Below are positions 17,365 to 28,460 of a DNA stretch of 32,000 nt, piece after piece. A program made the translations under genes and the position numbers. The notes beneath the pieces were generated by a model that made no database searches, had not been told where the DNA came from, and worked only from the letters and a program-made list of their open reading frames with translations. The stretch comes from Synechocystis sp. PCC 6803 substr. PCC-P. GTDB taxonomy: Bacteria; Cyanobacteriota; Cyanobacteriia; Cyanobacteriales; Microcystaceae. The first letter of the stretch is position 1, and each line of letters starts with the position of its first letter. The stretch spans positions 1,260,001 to 1,292,000 of the forward strand of contig NC_017039.1 of the NCBI RefSeq assembly GCF_000284455.1, in the 5' to 3' direction.

Positions 17365-19614
17365 GTGCCCCGTCGCCCATTGTCAGACTTTCCATTGATG
17401 CTGATCTACTTACCCAAGTCCTTACGCCGGAGGCTGGTCACCGCTTTGCCTTCTTTGGCATTGGCGATCGCCCTGGGCCTATGCACTGCCTTAGCCTACG
17501 GAATGTTGGGCCGTGGACAACAATGGCTTAGTTTGGGGTTGGGGCAGGGTATGGCGCTGGCGCTGTGGTGGCAGGGAACGAACATTATCGCCCTTGCTCT
17601 GGGTTTAACCATTGCCCCCATGGTAGTGCAGGGAGATCCACCTCTGGCATTGGCCCTAGGGATGATTAGCACGGCGGTGGTGCTGATGGCCGGTCGGGGA
17701 CTAAAAATGCTGGAGTTTTCTCCCCAGGGTCAACGACTCCAAGATGGCATGGTCTTTTTGCTGGCGGGGGTGGGGCTGGGGGCCACTCTGACGGCGATCG
17801 CCGCGCTTTTGCTATCTCTCTGGCAGGGGGATGGTCGTATTTGGTGGACAGGATCTTTGGCCTGGTTGGGCAGTGCCACCGGAATTTTGCTGGCCGCTCC
17901 TCTGCTGTTCAAGCTTAGATATGGCCGCTGGAGTTGGCCCTGGTCAGCCCGGATGGAGCGACTCCAATTGGTGGAAGCCTTAGTTTGCGCTGGCCTTTTG
18001 TTGATGTTAGCCTGGCTAATTTTTGCTGGGGATGACCTCATTCCCTTGGCGGACCGGGGAGCTATCTATACCCAGTGGTTGGAATATTTACCCTTTCCCA
18101 TTGTGGTTTGGGCCAGCATTCGTTTTCCAATCTGGGGGGGAATCCTCTCCACTTCAGGTTTGGCTCTCCTGGCGATCACCGCTACGGTGCAGGGCAATGG
18201 CTCTTTTAACGTGCAAAGTGCCGACCAAAGCGGAGCAATGATTCTCCTGCAGATGTTCTTTTTGGTTTTAGGCACCACCAGTCTATTGCTATCGGTGGCG
18301 GTGAGGGAAAGACGTCGCACCGAAGAACAATTGCGGGGCAGTTGGGAACGGGAACGGCTTTTGGCGGAGGTGGCCCTACGGGTGCGGCAATCGCTACATT
18401 TGGGCACCATTTTTCAAACTACGGTGACGGAGGTACGCCATTTGCTCCAGACCGACCGGGTTTATATCGCTCTTTTGCAGGGGAATAGTCCGTTGGCAGT
18501 GGTGGCCGAATCCTGTGGTCCCGCTTACAAAACTTCTCTCAACTCCCAGATTGCGGCTTCCCCAAACCCCGAGGAAATGATCGTTAAAACCATTCCCACC
18601 GAAGCAATGGTGGTCCATCATCCTGACCAATTGCCCAAGGGAGACCCACTGCGGCGGAGTTTTTTACGTTATCAGGTGAAAAGCTTGCTGGCCATTCCCC
18701 TCGCTACGTTGGACGGCAGGTTGGGTATGATTGTGGTCCATCATTGTCAACAGCCCCGCCATTGGCAAAAGGCCGAGGTGCGCTTACTGGAACAATTGGC
18801 CACCCAAGTGGCGATCGCCATTCAACAGGCCCAGCTTTACCAACGGGTGCAAACGCTGAATACCAATTTGGAAAAGCAAGTGGGGGAACGCACCGCCCAG
18901 CTAGAGGACAAAATGGTGGAACTCCAGGATCTCCAGCAGATGAAAGCTCTCTTTGTCCAAGCCATTTCCCACGATTTGCGTACTTCGGTGATGGGTTTAT
19001 TGATGGTGCTAAAAAATTTATCAACCACAGAGGGGGAAGCCTTGACCCTGCCCCGCCATCTCCTAGACAGCCTGATCCGCAGTGGCGATCGCCAGTTAAC
19101 CCTTCTCAATGCCCTCTGTGAAGAACAAACCGCCGAATGTCGTCCCCTCCAACTTGCGCCCCAAGCCTTGCCGCTCCAGCCTTTTTTGCAACAAATTTGT
19201 CACCAATGGCGATCGGCCTGTGAACAACATCAGGTAGTTTTGAACTTGAAATGTGATGAGACCCTGTCTCCTCTCCAGGGAGACCCCCACTACATCAAGC
19301 AGGTATTCGACAACCTTTTGGGCAACGCCCTCAACCACAATCCCCCTGGTATTACCCTCACTCTGGCGGCCCAACTCGAAGGTAATATGGTGCGTTTTAC
19401 CCTCAGCGACAACGGTAAAGGCATGGCCAAGGACCAATGTGAGCACCTTTTCCGGCTCTATTTACGCAACCGCCACAATCAACGGCTAACCGGCATTGGT
19501 TTGGGTTGTTATCAGTCCCGGCAAATTGTTGAAGCCCACGGTGGCCACATCGGCGTTACCAGCAGTCCGGGGCAAGGATCCCATTTTTGGTTTACCCTCC
19601 CGTTAGCTGTTTAG
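17365..19614 (+). CDS. hik16: Membrane sensor histidine kinase (MASE1-like TM domain, GAF, HisKA, HATPase_c)
   Basis: About 8 N-terminal TM helices, a GAF-like segment and an H-box ISHDLRTS. N/G boxes are NLLGNALNHN, DNGKGM and GIGLG. The track start is GTG 17365, and ATG 17398 is an alternative. The symbol comes from recalled gene order and is unverified. Confidence 0.8.
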   Translation: MPRRPLSDFPLMLIYLPKSLRRRLVTALPSLALAIALGLCTALAYGMLGRGQQWLSLGLGQGMALALWWQGTNIIALALGLTIAPMVVQGDPPLALALGMISTAVVLMAGRGLKMLEFSPQGQRLQDGMVFLLAGVGLGATLTAIAALLLSLWQGDGRIWWTGSLAWLGSATGILLAAPLLFKLRYGRWSWPWSARMERLQLVEALVCAGLLLMLAWLIFAGDDLIPLADRGAIYTQWLEYLPFPIVVWASIRFPIWGGILSTSGLALLAITATVQGNGSFNVQSADQSGAMILLQMFFLVLGTTSLLLSVAVRERRRTEEQLRGSWERERLLAEVALRVRQSLHLGTIFQTTVTEVRHLLQTDRVYIALLQGNSPLAVVAESCGPAYKTSLNSQIAASPNPEEMIVKTIPTEAMVVHHPDQLPKGDPLRRSFLRYQVKSLLAIPLATLDGRLGMIVVHHCQQPRHWQKAEVRLLEQLATQVAIAIQQAQLYQRVQTLNTNLEKQVGERTAQLEDKMVELQDLQQMKALFVQAISHDLRTSVMGLLMVLKNLSTTEGEALTLPRHLLDSLIRSGDRQLTLLNALCEEQTAECRPLQLAPQALPLQPFLQQICHQWRSACEQHQVVLNLKCDETLSPLQGDPHYIKQVFDNLLGNALNHNPPGITLTLAAQLEGNMVRFTLSDNGKGMAKDQCEHLFRLYLRNRHNQRLTGIGLGCYQSRQIVEAHGGHIGVTSSPGQGSHFWFTLPLAV

Positions 19615-19638
19615 TTATTTGGATCTTTTACTGACAAA

Positions 19639-20409
19639 TTACCACGGCAAAATTGTGCCATCCCAACTATAGAAAGTGCCGCTGTTTTCCGGTTTTACTT
19701 GCAATAAAATCGCCATTAATTGCTTAACAGTAAGTTCCACTGTGAAAAGCTTTTCTGGGGGGACATTTTTCTGAAATGGTTGGGACAATGACGTATCAGT
19801 GGTGCCGGGGTGGAGCAAAATTACCGCACATTGGGGCGCAACTCTGCGATATTCGATCGCCGTATTTTTGAGCAACATATTCAGCGCCGCCTTAGAAGCT
19901 CGATAACCGTACCATCCTCCCAACTGGTTATCCCCAATACTGCCCACTTTAGCGGAAATGGTGGCAAAAACACTGGGGGAAGCATGGCGCAAATGGGGTA
20001 AAAAATGTTTGGCTAACAACACTGGGCCAATGCTGTTAACGGCAAAATATTGCTGTAATTGGGATGGTTGTAAATGGCGCAGACTTTTTTCCGGTGGGTT
20101 ATCTTCTACATGGAGAATGCCCACACAATTAATTAGCCAATTGACTTCAGTTTTGCCTAATTGCTGGCTAAATTGTGCAATCTGGCTCTCTTCAGTGATA
20201 TCCAACGGCACTAGGGTTAAACGATCAGGATTTTCCTTGGCTAAATGGTCTAACTCGGCGATCGCCTGACGGTAGGTGGCCCAAATTTTGACGGGGAAAG
20301 GTACTTGTTCTAAAAAGTAACGGACAAAGCCTAAACCAATGCCCCCGGATGCCCCCACTATGACCACCGTTTGGGGATGATTTTGGGCTGGAAAATTCTG
20401 ATTTGCCAT
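19639..20409 (-). CDS. Short-chain dehydrogenase/reductase (CsgA/C-factor-like)
   Basis: VVIVGASGGIGLGF Rossmann motif and YRASKAAL catalytic motif. The ATG at 20409 is preferred over the TTG at 20424. Confidence 0.75.
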   Translation of the reverse strand: MANQNFPAQNHPQTVVIVGASGGIGLGFVRYFLEQVPFPVKIWATYRQAIAELDHLAKENPDRLTLVPLDITEESQIAQFSQQLGKTEVNWLINCVGILHVEDNPPEKSLRHLQPSQLQQYFAVNSIGPVLLAKHFLPHLRHASPSVFATISAKVGSIGDNQLGGWYGYRASKAALNMLLKNTAIEYRRVAPQCAVILLHPGTTDTSLSQPFQKNVPPEKLFTVELTVKQLMAILLQVKPENSGTFYSWDGTILPW

Positions 20410-20432
20410 GGTTTTAGCCCACAAAAAAATGG

Positions 20433-22265
20433 TTAAGGATTAAGAAAATGCCAGGAAAAGGGCAAGCGGGCGTAAATGCCTTGGGGATCATTAAATTGGG
20501 CCAACTCTGCCCATTCCCGCTCCAACTGTTGCCAATTAGTTCGCAAAAATGGCGGTAGAACCACGGAGTTAGTTTCAGTGAGACCATGGATGAGATTGTT
20601 CCAGAGGAGGGAATTTAATCCCCTGGGAGTGGGGTATTCCTTTACCTGCCATTGCTCCCCTAATTCTGCTTGGGCCGCTGCTAGGTTCACAGCCGTTTGC
20701 AATCCCCCCAGTTGATCTACTAGCCCCACTTTTTGTGCTGCCAATCCTGTCCAAACCCTGCCCTGGGCCACGGAGTCCAAAGCGGTAGGAGATAAATTGC
20801 GGGCCCTACCCACCTTATCTAAAAAGATCTCGTAAACCTGATCCACCGACCGTTGAAAAATGGCCAACTCCAACTCAGTTTTAGGTTTAATGCTGGAGCC
20901 CACATTGGCTAGTTCCCCCGTGGCCACTTCGTCCCAGTTTAACCCCAGGCGATCGCCTAAATTTTCCACGTTGAAAAGAATGCTAAAAACCCCAATGGAA
21001 CCGGTGACGGTGTTGGGTTGGGCAACAATTTTTTCCCCAGCGGTGGCAATCCAATAACCACCAGAAGCTGCCACATTGCCCATGGAAATAATCACTGGTT
21101 TTTGAGCCTGTAAAAGTTCCACTTCCCGCCAGATAATATCCGCCGCACTAGCACTGCCACCGGGACTATTAATTCTCAGCACCACCGCTTTAATGTCGTC
21201 ATCCTGGCGAATAGTTCGCAATAGTTCCCCATAACGATCGCCACCAATGTTTTCCCAGGTGCCCCGACCATTAACAATGGAGCCTTCGAGGTAAACAATG
21301 GCGATTTTAGGGTCTTGGTCGTGGTTTTCGGTTTCCCAGTTTTGTAGGCGATGGTACTCGGCCAAACTAATTTTTCTAAACTCTTTATCTTCCTCCTGCT
21401 CTTCTATTTTCTCGGGGTCATTAATCCAAACTCCCGCCTGTTTCAACTCGGCCAAAACTTCATCCCAATAGGTCACCTTGTCTACTAATTTTTCCCTTAG
21501 GGCGATGTCAGCAAAGAGCAGCCCTTGGTCACTGGCGATCGCCTGGAGTTGGGGCACCGTTAAGGAACGATTATTAGCAACACTGGTTAAATAAATTTGC
21601 CAAATTTGATTTAGCAAAAGCTGTTGTTGTTGGCGATTTTCTGGGCTGAGATTTTCCCTGGTATAGGGTTCAACGGCTCCCTTGTAACTGCCTACCCGTA
21701 GGGTCTGCACCCCAATGCCAGCCTTGGCCAACGCCCCGGTAAAAAAGATTGGCTGGGCCCCTAGTCCATTTATTTCCACTCCCCCCATGGGGTTAATTAA
21801 AATGGTATCGGCAGTGGCAGCTAAATAGTAGCCTAGTTCGCTGTAGTTGAGACCATAGGCAACAATTTTTTTGCCCGATTGTTTGAATTTAATTAGGGCC
21901 TGTTGCACTTCACTTAAATTGGCGTAACCGTCCACTTGGTTACTGCGGCGACCATCAATTAATAGGGCCACAATGCGGTCATCTTCGGCGGCCTTTTCAA
22001 TGGCATTAACCACCGTCCGCAGGGGTAATATTTCTTCCTGATTACCCAGTAAACTCTGTTGTAGACTGAGAGTAGGGCTGGTATCTTGGATGGGGATCGC
22101 TAGGTCGAGAATGAGGGCTGTTTTTTCCTCTAGCACTGGATCTGCCTCAGCCGAAACCAGTATGAACAGCAACACCAAGCCAGTGGCCCCAAGGCTAAGC
22201 AAAACCACAATGGCGGCCAATGTTCCGAAGAAACTAGCCACCATTTGTTGGAAAAAGTTCTTCAT
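20433..22265 (-). CDS. sppA: Signal peptide peptidase SppA, 67K (two-domain) type
   Basis: N-terminal TM anchor followed by two ClpP/crotonase-like S49 domains ([23 protein letters not shown]). Length is 610 aa. Confidence 0.9.
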
Positions 22266-22774
22266 GCGGCCTGGTTGCGCTCTAATTCCCGGAGGGCTTT
22301 GCGGTCAAGTTTAATCTCAATCTGATCGTTTTCTTTGGTGCCCAGGGTGCGGTAAGCAGAGCCTAAATAGAGGGGTTTAGTTAGGCCAGGCTGGGGATGA
22401 ATCAGGGTTCGGGCCCGGATCACCATTTGTTCTTTGCCGTCGGTGGAAATGCGGCCCAGGGAAAAGTAATTATTGGCGGCCTGTTTGAGGGTGGCTTCCA
22501 CTTCCGTAGCGGACACTGTCACCGGCACACTGATGACAATTTGGTTAGCACCATTGTCGTACACCCGATTGAACTTCACTGAGCCTTCCACCGTGGGGCG
22601 GTCGAACATGCCCAAACCCAGGCCAAAAATGCCTATCGTTAAAACTGTCATAAAGCTCGTCACCCCCACCAGGCGAAAGCGGAACCCCCAACGAAAAACA
22701 AAGGCCAGTACCATAAAGATAAAACTGGCGATGGTAGCGTAGGCGGACCAACGGAGATAAATGGTAACGTCCAT
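22262..22774 (-). CDS. ycf51: Ycf51-like (DUF2518) membrane protein
   Basis: Two N-terminal TM helices plus a soluble C-terminal domain. A 4-nt ATGA overlap with sppA suggests an operon. The family call comes from recalled ycf51-sppA adjacency in Synechocystis. Confidence 0.55.
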
Positions 22775-22812
22775 AGGTAGGGAGAGAATTACGTCAACAA
22801 ATCTAACAGAAA

Positions 22813-23598
22813 ATGCAGTTAGTTAATCTTCATCCCCCCGATCGCCGCAGGGCAAGTCTGCTTTATTTGCCGGGGTTGGATGGTACGGGCAAATTATTTT
22901 ATCGGCAACGACTGGAGTTGGTTGAGCACTTTAACCTACTGGCTCTGCGCCTAACTCCGGGGCCCCTTCCGGATGATTGGTCGGCGATCGCCAAGGCCCT
23001 GCACCAATTAATTCACCAACAGCAGGGATTAACATTACCCCTGTACCTCTGTGGGGAATCCTTCGGGGGATGCCTAGCCCTGGCTTATAGTTGTCTGTAC
23101 CCCCAGGAGGTAGCCAAATTAATTTTGGTTAATCCCGCCACTGCCTTTGACCGTCGCCCTTGGTTACAGTGGGGCATTCCCTTCCATCAGTGGTTACCCA
23201 ATGCCCTACAAACGGTCACTACCCTCACCGGACTGCCCTTTTTAGCCGCTGTAGAACGGTTACAGCCCCAGGATCGACGTCAGTTGCTCAATGCCATGCG
23301 CTCCATTCCCCCGGCGATCGTGGCCCAACGGTTAGCCCTATTGCAAAATTTCAACCAACAGGAATTAGATTTGGGAAAAATCAGCTCCCCCAGTTTAATT
23401 CTGGCCAGTGGTCGGGATTTACTACTGCCTTCCGTGGAAGAAGCCCATAAGTTGCAGAGGCATCTTCCCAAAGCCATGGTGAAAATATTGCCCCACAGCG
23501 GCCACGCCTGTTTGCTAGAAAAAGAATTATCCCTACAAAAGATTTTGCAAGCCGCCCAATGGTTACCGGAGCTAGTTTTGCTTAACAAAAATTCATGA
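22813..23598 (+). CDS. Alpha/beta-fold hydrolase
   Basis: Nucleophile elbow [17 protein letters not shown] oxyanion region and a late SGH catalytic histidine. Confidence 0.7.
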
Positions 23599-23731
23599 GC
23601 CCCGGCGGGATGGACCCTTGATTGTGGTCTGCCATTCGGACTACATTGCAAAGATTAGAGAAACTTGTTTAACAAAAAACGTCGTAATTTCTGCGACCAC
23701 CACCTTATTAGAGAATCCTTTAGGAGAACCC

Positions 23732-25015
23732 ATGAATATTGCCGTTGTGGGACTGAGCCATAAGACAGCCCCGGTGGAAATTCGCGAAAAACTCAGCATC
23801 CAAGAAGCTAAGTTGGAAGAAGCGCTAACCCATCTGCGGAGTTATCCCCACATCGAAGAAGTCACTGTCATTAGTACTTGTAACCGCCTGGAAATTTACG
23901 CGGTGGTGACGGACACAGAAAAGGGAGTGGTGGAAATTACCCAATTCCTTTCTGAAACTGGCAATATTCCCCTGGCAACCCTACGGCGTTATTTGTTTAC
24001 CCTCCTCCACGAAGATGCGGTGCGCCATTTGATGCGGGTGGCCGCTGGGCTGGAAAGTTTGGTGCTCGGAGAAGGACAAATCCTGGCTCAGGTGCGTACT
24101 ACCCATAAGTTGGGGCAAAAATATAAAGGGGTGGGTCGTCTGCTCGATCGCCTATTTAAACAGGCCATTACCGCCGGTCGTCGGGTCAGAACCGAAACGG
24201 ATATTGGTACAGGAGCCGTGTCCATCAGTTCCGCCGCTGTGGAGTTAGTCCATCGTCAAGTGGATTTATCGAGCCAAAAAACTGTCATCATCGGGGCTGG
24301 TAAAATGGCCTGTCTGTTGGTGAAACATCTATTAGCTAAAGGAGCCACGGACATCACCATTGTTAACCGCTCCCAACGTCGTTCCCAGGATTTAGCCAAC
24401 CAATTCCCCCAAGCCCAGTTAACCCTTTGTCCCCTGACGGATATGTTTACGGCGATCGCCGCTGGGGATATTGTCTTTACCAGCACTGGGGCCACGGAAC
24501 CAATTTTAAACTGCGAGAATTTGACTGGCTGTGTGATCAACCGCAAAAGCTTGATGTTAGTGGATATTTCCGTCCCCCGGAACGTGGCCGCTGATGTCCA
24601 CGCTATGGAACAGGTGCGGGCTTTTAATGTGGATGACCTGAAAGAAGTAGTCGCCCAAAACCAAGCCAGCCGCCGACAAATGGCACGCCAAGCTGAAGCA
24701 TTACTCGAAGAAGAAATTGCCGCCTTTGACCTCTGGTGGCGATCGCTAGAAACGGTACCCACCATCAGTTCCCTCCGCAGTAAGGTGGAAGATATCCGGG
24801 AACAGGAATTGGAAAAAGCCCTTTCCCGCCTGGGCAGCGAGTTTGCCGAAAAACATCAAGAAGTAATCGAAGCCCTCACCAGGGGCATTGTCAACAAAAT
24901 TCTCCACGAACCCATGGTGCAACTGCGGGCCCAGCAGGATATCGAAGCCCGTAAGCAATGCCTACGCTCCCTGAAGATGCTGTTTGACTTGGAAGTGGAA
25001 GAACAATTCGGTTAG
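23732..25015 (+). CDS. hemA: Glutamyl-tRNA reductase
   Basis: [22 protein letters not shown], active-site STCNRLEIY and NADPH motif IIGAGKM. TAGGAGAA lies 3 nt upstream of the ATG at 23732. The track ORF is extended 5' by 38 codons. Confidence 0.93.
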   Translation: MNIAVVGLSHKTAPVEIREKLSIQEAKLEEALTHLRSYPHIEEVTVISTCNRLEIYAVVTDTEKGVVEITQFLSETGNIPLATLRRYLFTLLHEDAVRHLMRVAAGLESLVLGEGQILAQVRTTHKLGQKYKGVGRLLDRLFKQAITAGRRVRTETDIGTGAVSISSAAVELVHRQVDLSSQKTVIIGAGKMACLLVKHLLAKGATDITIVNRSQRRSQDLANQFPQAQLTLCPLTDMFTAIAAGDIVFTSTGATEPILNCENLTGCVINRKSLMLVDISVPRNVAADVHAMEQVRAFNVDDLKEVVAQNQASRRQMARQAEALLEEEIAAFDLWWRSLETVPTISSLRSKVEDIREQELEKALSRLGSEFAEKHQEVIEALTRGIVNKILHEPMVQLRAQQDIEARKQCLRSLKMLFDLEVEEQFG

Positions 25016-25176
25016 AACTTGTTAATGAATTTCAGCTAACTGTCAATAAATGTCCCAAAACTGGCTCTGTGTTCCCCATGGAGTCGTTTTTCCCTTTGGT
25101 GCCCCTGGCAAAAGCCCCGCCAGATTCCTAAGCTAGAATTGTCGAGAAAGACATTAGCGCCGAGGACAACTAGGCC

Positions 25177-25974
25177 ATGGCATTGGTCCACAGCGGAGTA
25201 ATCGAAAACTACATCCAACGGGTGACTGAGTTAAGCCAATCCACCCAGCGCATTCCCACCACCGCTGAATTGGAGGCGATCGCCAGCGAGTTGGGCATTG
25301 AACCGGAGGAAATCCAAGCGGCCCAAAAACAAGCCGCTGACCATTTCACCCGGGCCCAGGGTTATATGCGTTTGGGCTACTGGGACGATGCCATTGCCGA
25401 ATTAGATGACGCCATTGCCTTTAATCCTGGGGAATCAAAGTTTTTACTCTCTTCCGCTGAAGCCTACCTGGGGAAATGGAAACAGCACCACCGTGCCCCC
25501 GATGCTGACCAAATGCATTTGCGGGTGCGTCAGTGTTTATCGTTGGAACCCGGCTGTGAAGGGGCGTTGGATTTATTGGCGGAATTTCGGCGGCGGCAAA
25601 AGCGCTATTTCCGCACCATCGTGGGCAGTTTGATGTTTGCGGGGGCGATCCTCTGTGGTGGTGGCATTTATCTTTTATCCCAGGGCGGCTTACCGTTTGT
25701 GATTGAAGAAAAAGCCCGCTTGGAAAATTTGCAAAGCACCATTGAAGCCCAAAATGACACCATTGCCCAATTAATGGGCGAACAGGAAGCCCTGCGGCGG
25801 GAGTTCGATACATTGATTAGTCAACAACTCCAGGAAAACCGTCTCAATGGCGATCGCCTGGAAAATTTACAGGCCCGCTTAAAAGCACTGGAGGAGAAAA
25901 TCAAGGAATATCAAACGCCATCAATGGGAACGCCAACTCCTACTCCCCCCCAGTCCCAGGAAAATGACGATTAG
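25177..25974 (+). CDS. Hypothetical TPR-like / single-TM / coiled-coil protein with a Pro/Thr-rich tail
   Basis: The ORF has a TPR-like segment (GYMRLGYWDDAIAELDDAIAFNP), one TM helix (IVGSLMFAGAILCGGGIYLL), heptad-rich Q/E/L sequence and a PTPTPP tail. I recognised no family. Confidence 0.5.
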   Translation: MALVHSGVIENYIQRVTELSQSTQRIPTTAELEAIASELGIEPEEIQAAQKQAADHFTRAQGYMRLGYWDDAIAELDDAIAFNPGESKFLLSSAEAYLGKWKQHHRAPDADQMHLRVRQCLSLEPGCEGALDLLAEFRRRQKRYFRTIVGSLMFAGAILCGGGIYLLSQGGLPFVIEEKARLENLQSTIEAQNDTIAQLMGEQEALRREFDTLISQQLQENRLNGDRLENLQARLKALEEKIKEYQTPSMGTPTPTPPQSQENDD

Positions 25975-27835
25975 CTTGGGATGATGGCGGTGGTGGTGGA
26001 TTATCGCAAAAACTGATGGAAGGCAAATTCCAGAACGCTCCCCCTAGGGCAGAATATTCAATGCCACAGAAGCGGTTCCGCACTGCTGAAAGGGAATAGG
26101 GACTTACCAAGTAGATAAAGGGCAAATATTCCTGCACTTCCAGTTGCATTTGGTCGTAAACTAGGCTCCGTTCCTGCTGGGGAATAATTTGGGAACCTTT
26201 AAGAGCTAAATCGGCAATGTTCTGCTCCCAGGGGGCCACTGTTTGTCCCTCTAAAGGTTGGGCTCCGGCCTGGGGATGCTGATTAAACATGTGTAAATTG
26301 CCCTTAACATACCAAACATTAGGTATATGGGGATCGTTGCCGCCGGTTAGGCCCAAAACCACCGCATCCCATTCCAAACTGTTGCTTAATTTGTCCACCA
26401 ACACGCCAAAACTAATGGGGCTAAAGTCCACTTGAATGCCAAGTTTTCCCAAATCTTCTTGAATTTGGGTCCCCATGGCTTCCCGCACTTTATTGCCAGC
26501 ATTGGTATTAAGCACAAAGCGGACACGGTTACCCCGATCATCCAATAATTGCCGTTGATTGTTGTAGGTAAAGCCCCCGGCTTTCAGTAATGCTTGCGCT
26601 TTTTCTGGGTCATAGTTATAGACTTTGACATCGGGATTAAAAAAGGGAGATTGCACAGGAATAAAGGAATTTTGTTTTTCCCCCAACCCTCGGTAAATGT
26701 TATTAACCATTCTTTCCCGGTCAATGCCATAGGCGATCGCCTGACGAAAATTGAGATTATTAAACCACCGGGATTTAATCGGATCCACTAGGGGTTTACC
26801 CTGGCGCTTACCTTGGTTGAGATTAAAGGTTAAATAGCTACTGGCGTAGGTGGGACCGCCGTTATAGATGACAAAATTACCCCTTTCTTCTTCCTGTTTG
26901 AGCAGAGAAAAGGATTCTGGTGGCACTCCGAGGGAATCCAAACTGCCAGAACGAAATTGCAACAAAGATGTGTCAGTGCTTTCCACAATGGCCCACACCA
27001 CCCTGGGGATGTAGGGTAAAGACTCACCGTTGGGGCCCTTTTCCCAGTAATAGGGATTTTTACTAAAAATTACCCGTTGGCTGGTAACGTAGCGGGTTAA
27101 TTTATAGGGACCATTGACCACAATTTGGTCCGGGGGGGTATTGGTGCCCCAGGTACTCAAAAATAACGGATTACCATTTTCATCGGTTTTTTCCACTGTT
27201 TCCCGCAGAATATGGGCTGGCAAAATGGGAAATTGGGCTGTTTCTAAAAAGGGAGCAAAGGGTTCGGGAATATTAAATGCCACCTGGCGATCGCCAACTT
27301 TGGTAATCTTCGGTTCTGCTTGACTTTCTCCTACCTTTAAACTGTCCCGATAATTGTTAGGAATTTTAGGGTTTAAATAAAGATCATTATAGGAAAATAG
27401 TACATCATCTACGGTAAGGGGTTTGCCGTCAGACCAACGCAGACCTTCCTTGAGGGTAAAGGTAATGGTCAAATTGTCCGGTGATATTTCCCAACTTTCC
27501 GCCAAGGCTGGCGTTCTTTCCCCGGTGAGAGGATTTTCCCTAATTAGCCCTTCGTAGATATAACCAAAAACATTGGGGGACTCTTGGGACAGAACCGCAT
27601 TGAAAGTTTTGGGGTCACTGAGCACGGAAAAAACCACCTGGTCTTTCAGTTCCGGGGAAAAACAACCTCCCAATGAAAACGTCAGGGCAAGGCAACACAA
27701 TAAAGCACTGATTAATTTTTGCCCCCAACTTCGACCGGATAGGTAATTTTGCTGGCCTGGATTTTTTTCCCTGGCGATCGCCGTTTTTCTTTGTCCCGCC
27801 ACCCTACTCATTGCTACTTTGTTTCCCCAACGCAT
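25940..27835 (-). CDS. ABC-transporter solute-binding lipoprotein, family 5 (oligopeptide/nickel type)
   Basis: Lipobox LSLGGC after a signal sequence. Length of ~600 aa and motifs are typical of OppA/DppA-type SBPs. The start is either 27835 or the ATG at 27811. Confidence 0.85.
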   Translation of the reverse strand: MRWGNKVAMSRVAGQRKTAIAREKNPGQQNYLSGRSWGQKLISALLCCLALTFSLGGCFSPELKDQVVFSVLSDPKTFNAVLSQESPNVFGYIYEGLIRENPLTGERTPALAESWEISPDNLTITFTLKEGLRWSDGKPLTVDDVLFSYNDLYLNPKIPNNYRDSLKVGESQAEPKITKVGDRQVAFNIPEPFAPFLETAQFPILPAHILRETVEKTDENGNPLFLSTWGTNTPPDQIVVNGPYKLTRYVTSQRVIFSKNPYYWEKGPNGESLPYIPRVVWAIVESTDTSLLQFRSGSLDSLGVPPESFSLLKQEEERGNFVIYNGGPTYASSYLTFNLNQGKRQGKPLVDPIKSRWFNNLNFRQAIAYGIDRERMVNNIYRGLGEKQNSFIPVQSPFFNPDVKVYNYDPEKAQALLKAGGFTYNNQRQLLDDRGNRVRFVLNTNAGNKVREAMGTQIQEDLGKLGIQVDFSPISFGVLVDKLSNSLEWDAVVLGLTGGNDPHIPNVWYVKGNLHMFNQHPQAGAQPLEGQTVAPWEQNIADLALKGSQIIPQQERSLVYDQMQLEVQEYLPFIYLVSPYSLSAVRNRFCGIEYSALGGAFWNLPSISFCDNPPPPPSSQANRHFPGTGGE

Positions 27836-28184
27836 AAACTGCCCCTGTGAACACCGTCAATATGGCCAAGCTAATGGACCAACTTCCTCCCAATCCCCAT
27901 TTCACCCCCCAATTACAGAGGGCCCCCAGGAGAAGAAACGGCAAAATACTCATTACTGAAGCATAGAAAGCATTCTGGGCTTCCCGAGCTTCCTTGGTGC
28001 GCTCATATTCCTCCACGGAAGTGTAGAGGGAACGTTCCGCAAAATTAAACCACCGTTGCAACTGTTCGATCAGCCAATTGCGCCCACTGCCCCAGGTTAG
28101 GTACAGCCCCAATGCCCAAAGGGTAGCACCAGCAATCATCGCCGTATTAATGGGAATTTCGAAAGGAATCCAGTCCATGAGCAT
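27804..28184 (-). CDS. Small hypothetical membrane protein (126 aa)
   Basis: ATG-initiated ORF with 3 hydrophobic helices. It lies on the same strand as, and abuts, the SBP gene. Confidence 0.45.
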   Translation of the reverse strand: MLMDWIPFEIPINTAMIAGATLWALGLYLTWGSGRNWLIEQLQRWFNFAERSLYTSVEEYERTKEAREAQNAFYASVMSILPFLLLGALCNWGVKWGLGGSWSISLAILTVFTGAVYALGKQSSNE

Positions 28185-28460
28185 GGGGAGCGCTATTTGA
28201 AGTTTTTAGAATCTTAACAAAACCCCTGCCCCCACCACGGCGATCGCCCCTGGTAACCAATTACAGAAAGTTCAAATTCGTCCCAAATCGAGCAGTGCAT
28301 GGCAGCTTCTAAAGGACTAATAAACTCTAAAAAGAAAGCCGCCACTGAAGCAATGGGCGACCTCTAGCAATCGGAGGGTGATATTGACTTTATGTCTTAT
28401 CTTCAGGTTAAGGCCGGATCGGTAGGCTTTATGTAGCCTATTTGACGAAAGTTCCCGTAA

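Noticed and set aside
17229-17531. A 100-aa ORF spanning the rre17-hik16 intergenic region.
   Set aside because: It starts with GTG rather than ATG, has an odd composition and overlaps the kinase start. The region is better explained as a divergent promoter.
17730-19446. Several ORFs of 72-125 aa on both strands inside the histidine kinase gene.
   Set aside because: They overlap a gene with clear H, N and G boxes. Their translations are Pro/Arg/Ser-rich with no motifs, so they are frame-shadow artefacts.
28299-28367. A 22-codon ORF (MAASKGLINSKKKAATEAMGDL) in the 275-bp gap between the DUF362 gene and the small membrane protein gene.
   Set aside because: It has no ribosome-binding site and no recognisable peptide family, and its length is within chance expectation. 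The gap is more likely promoter or UTR. An sRNA cannot be excluded but is unsupported.
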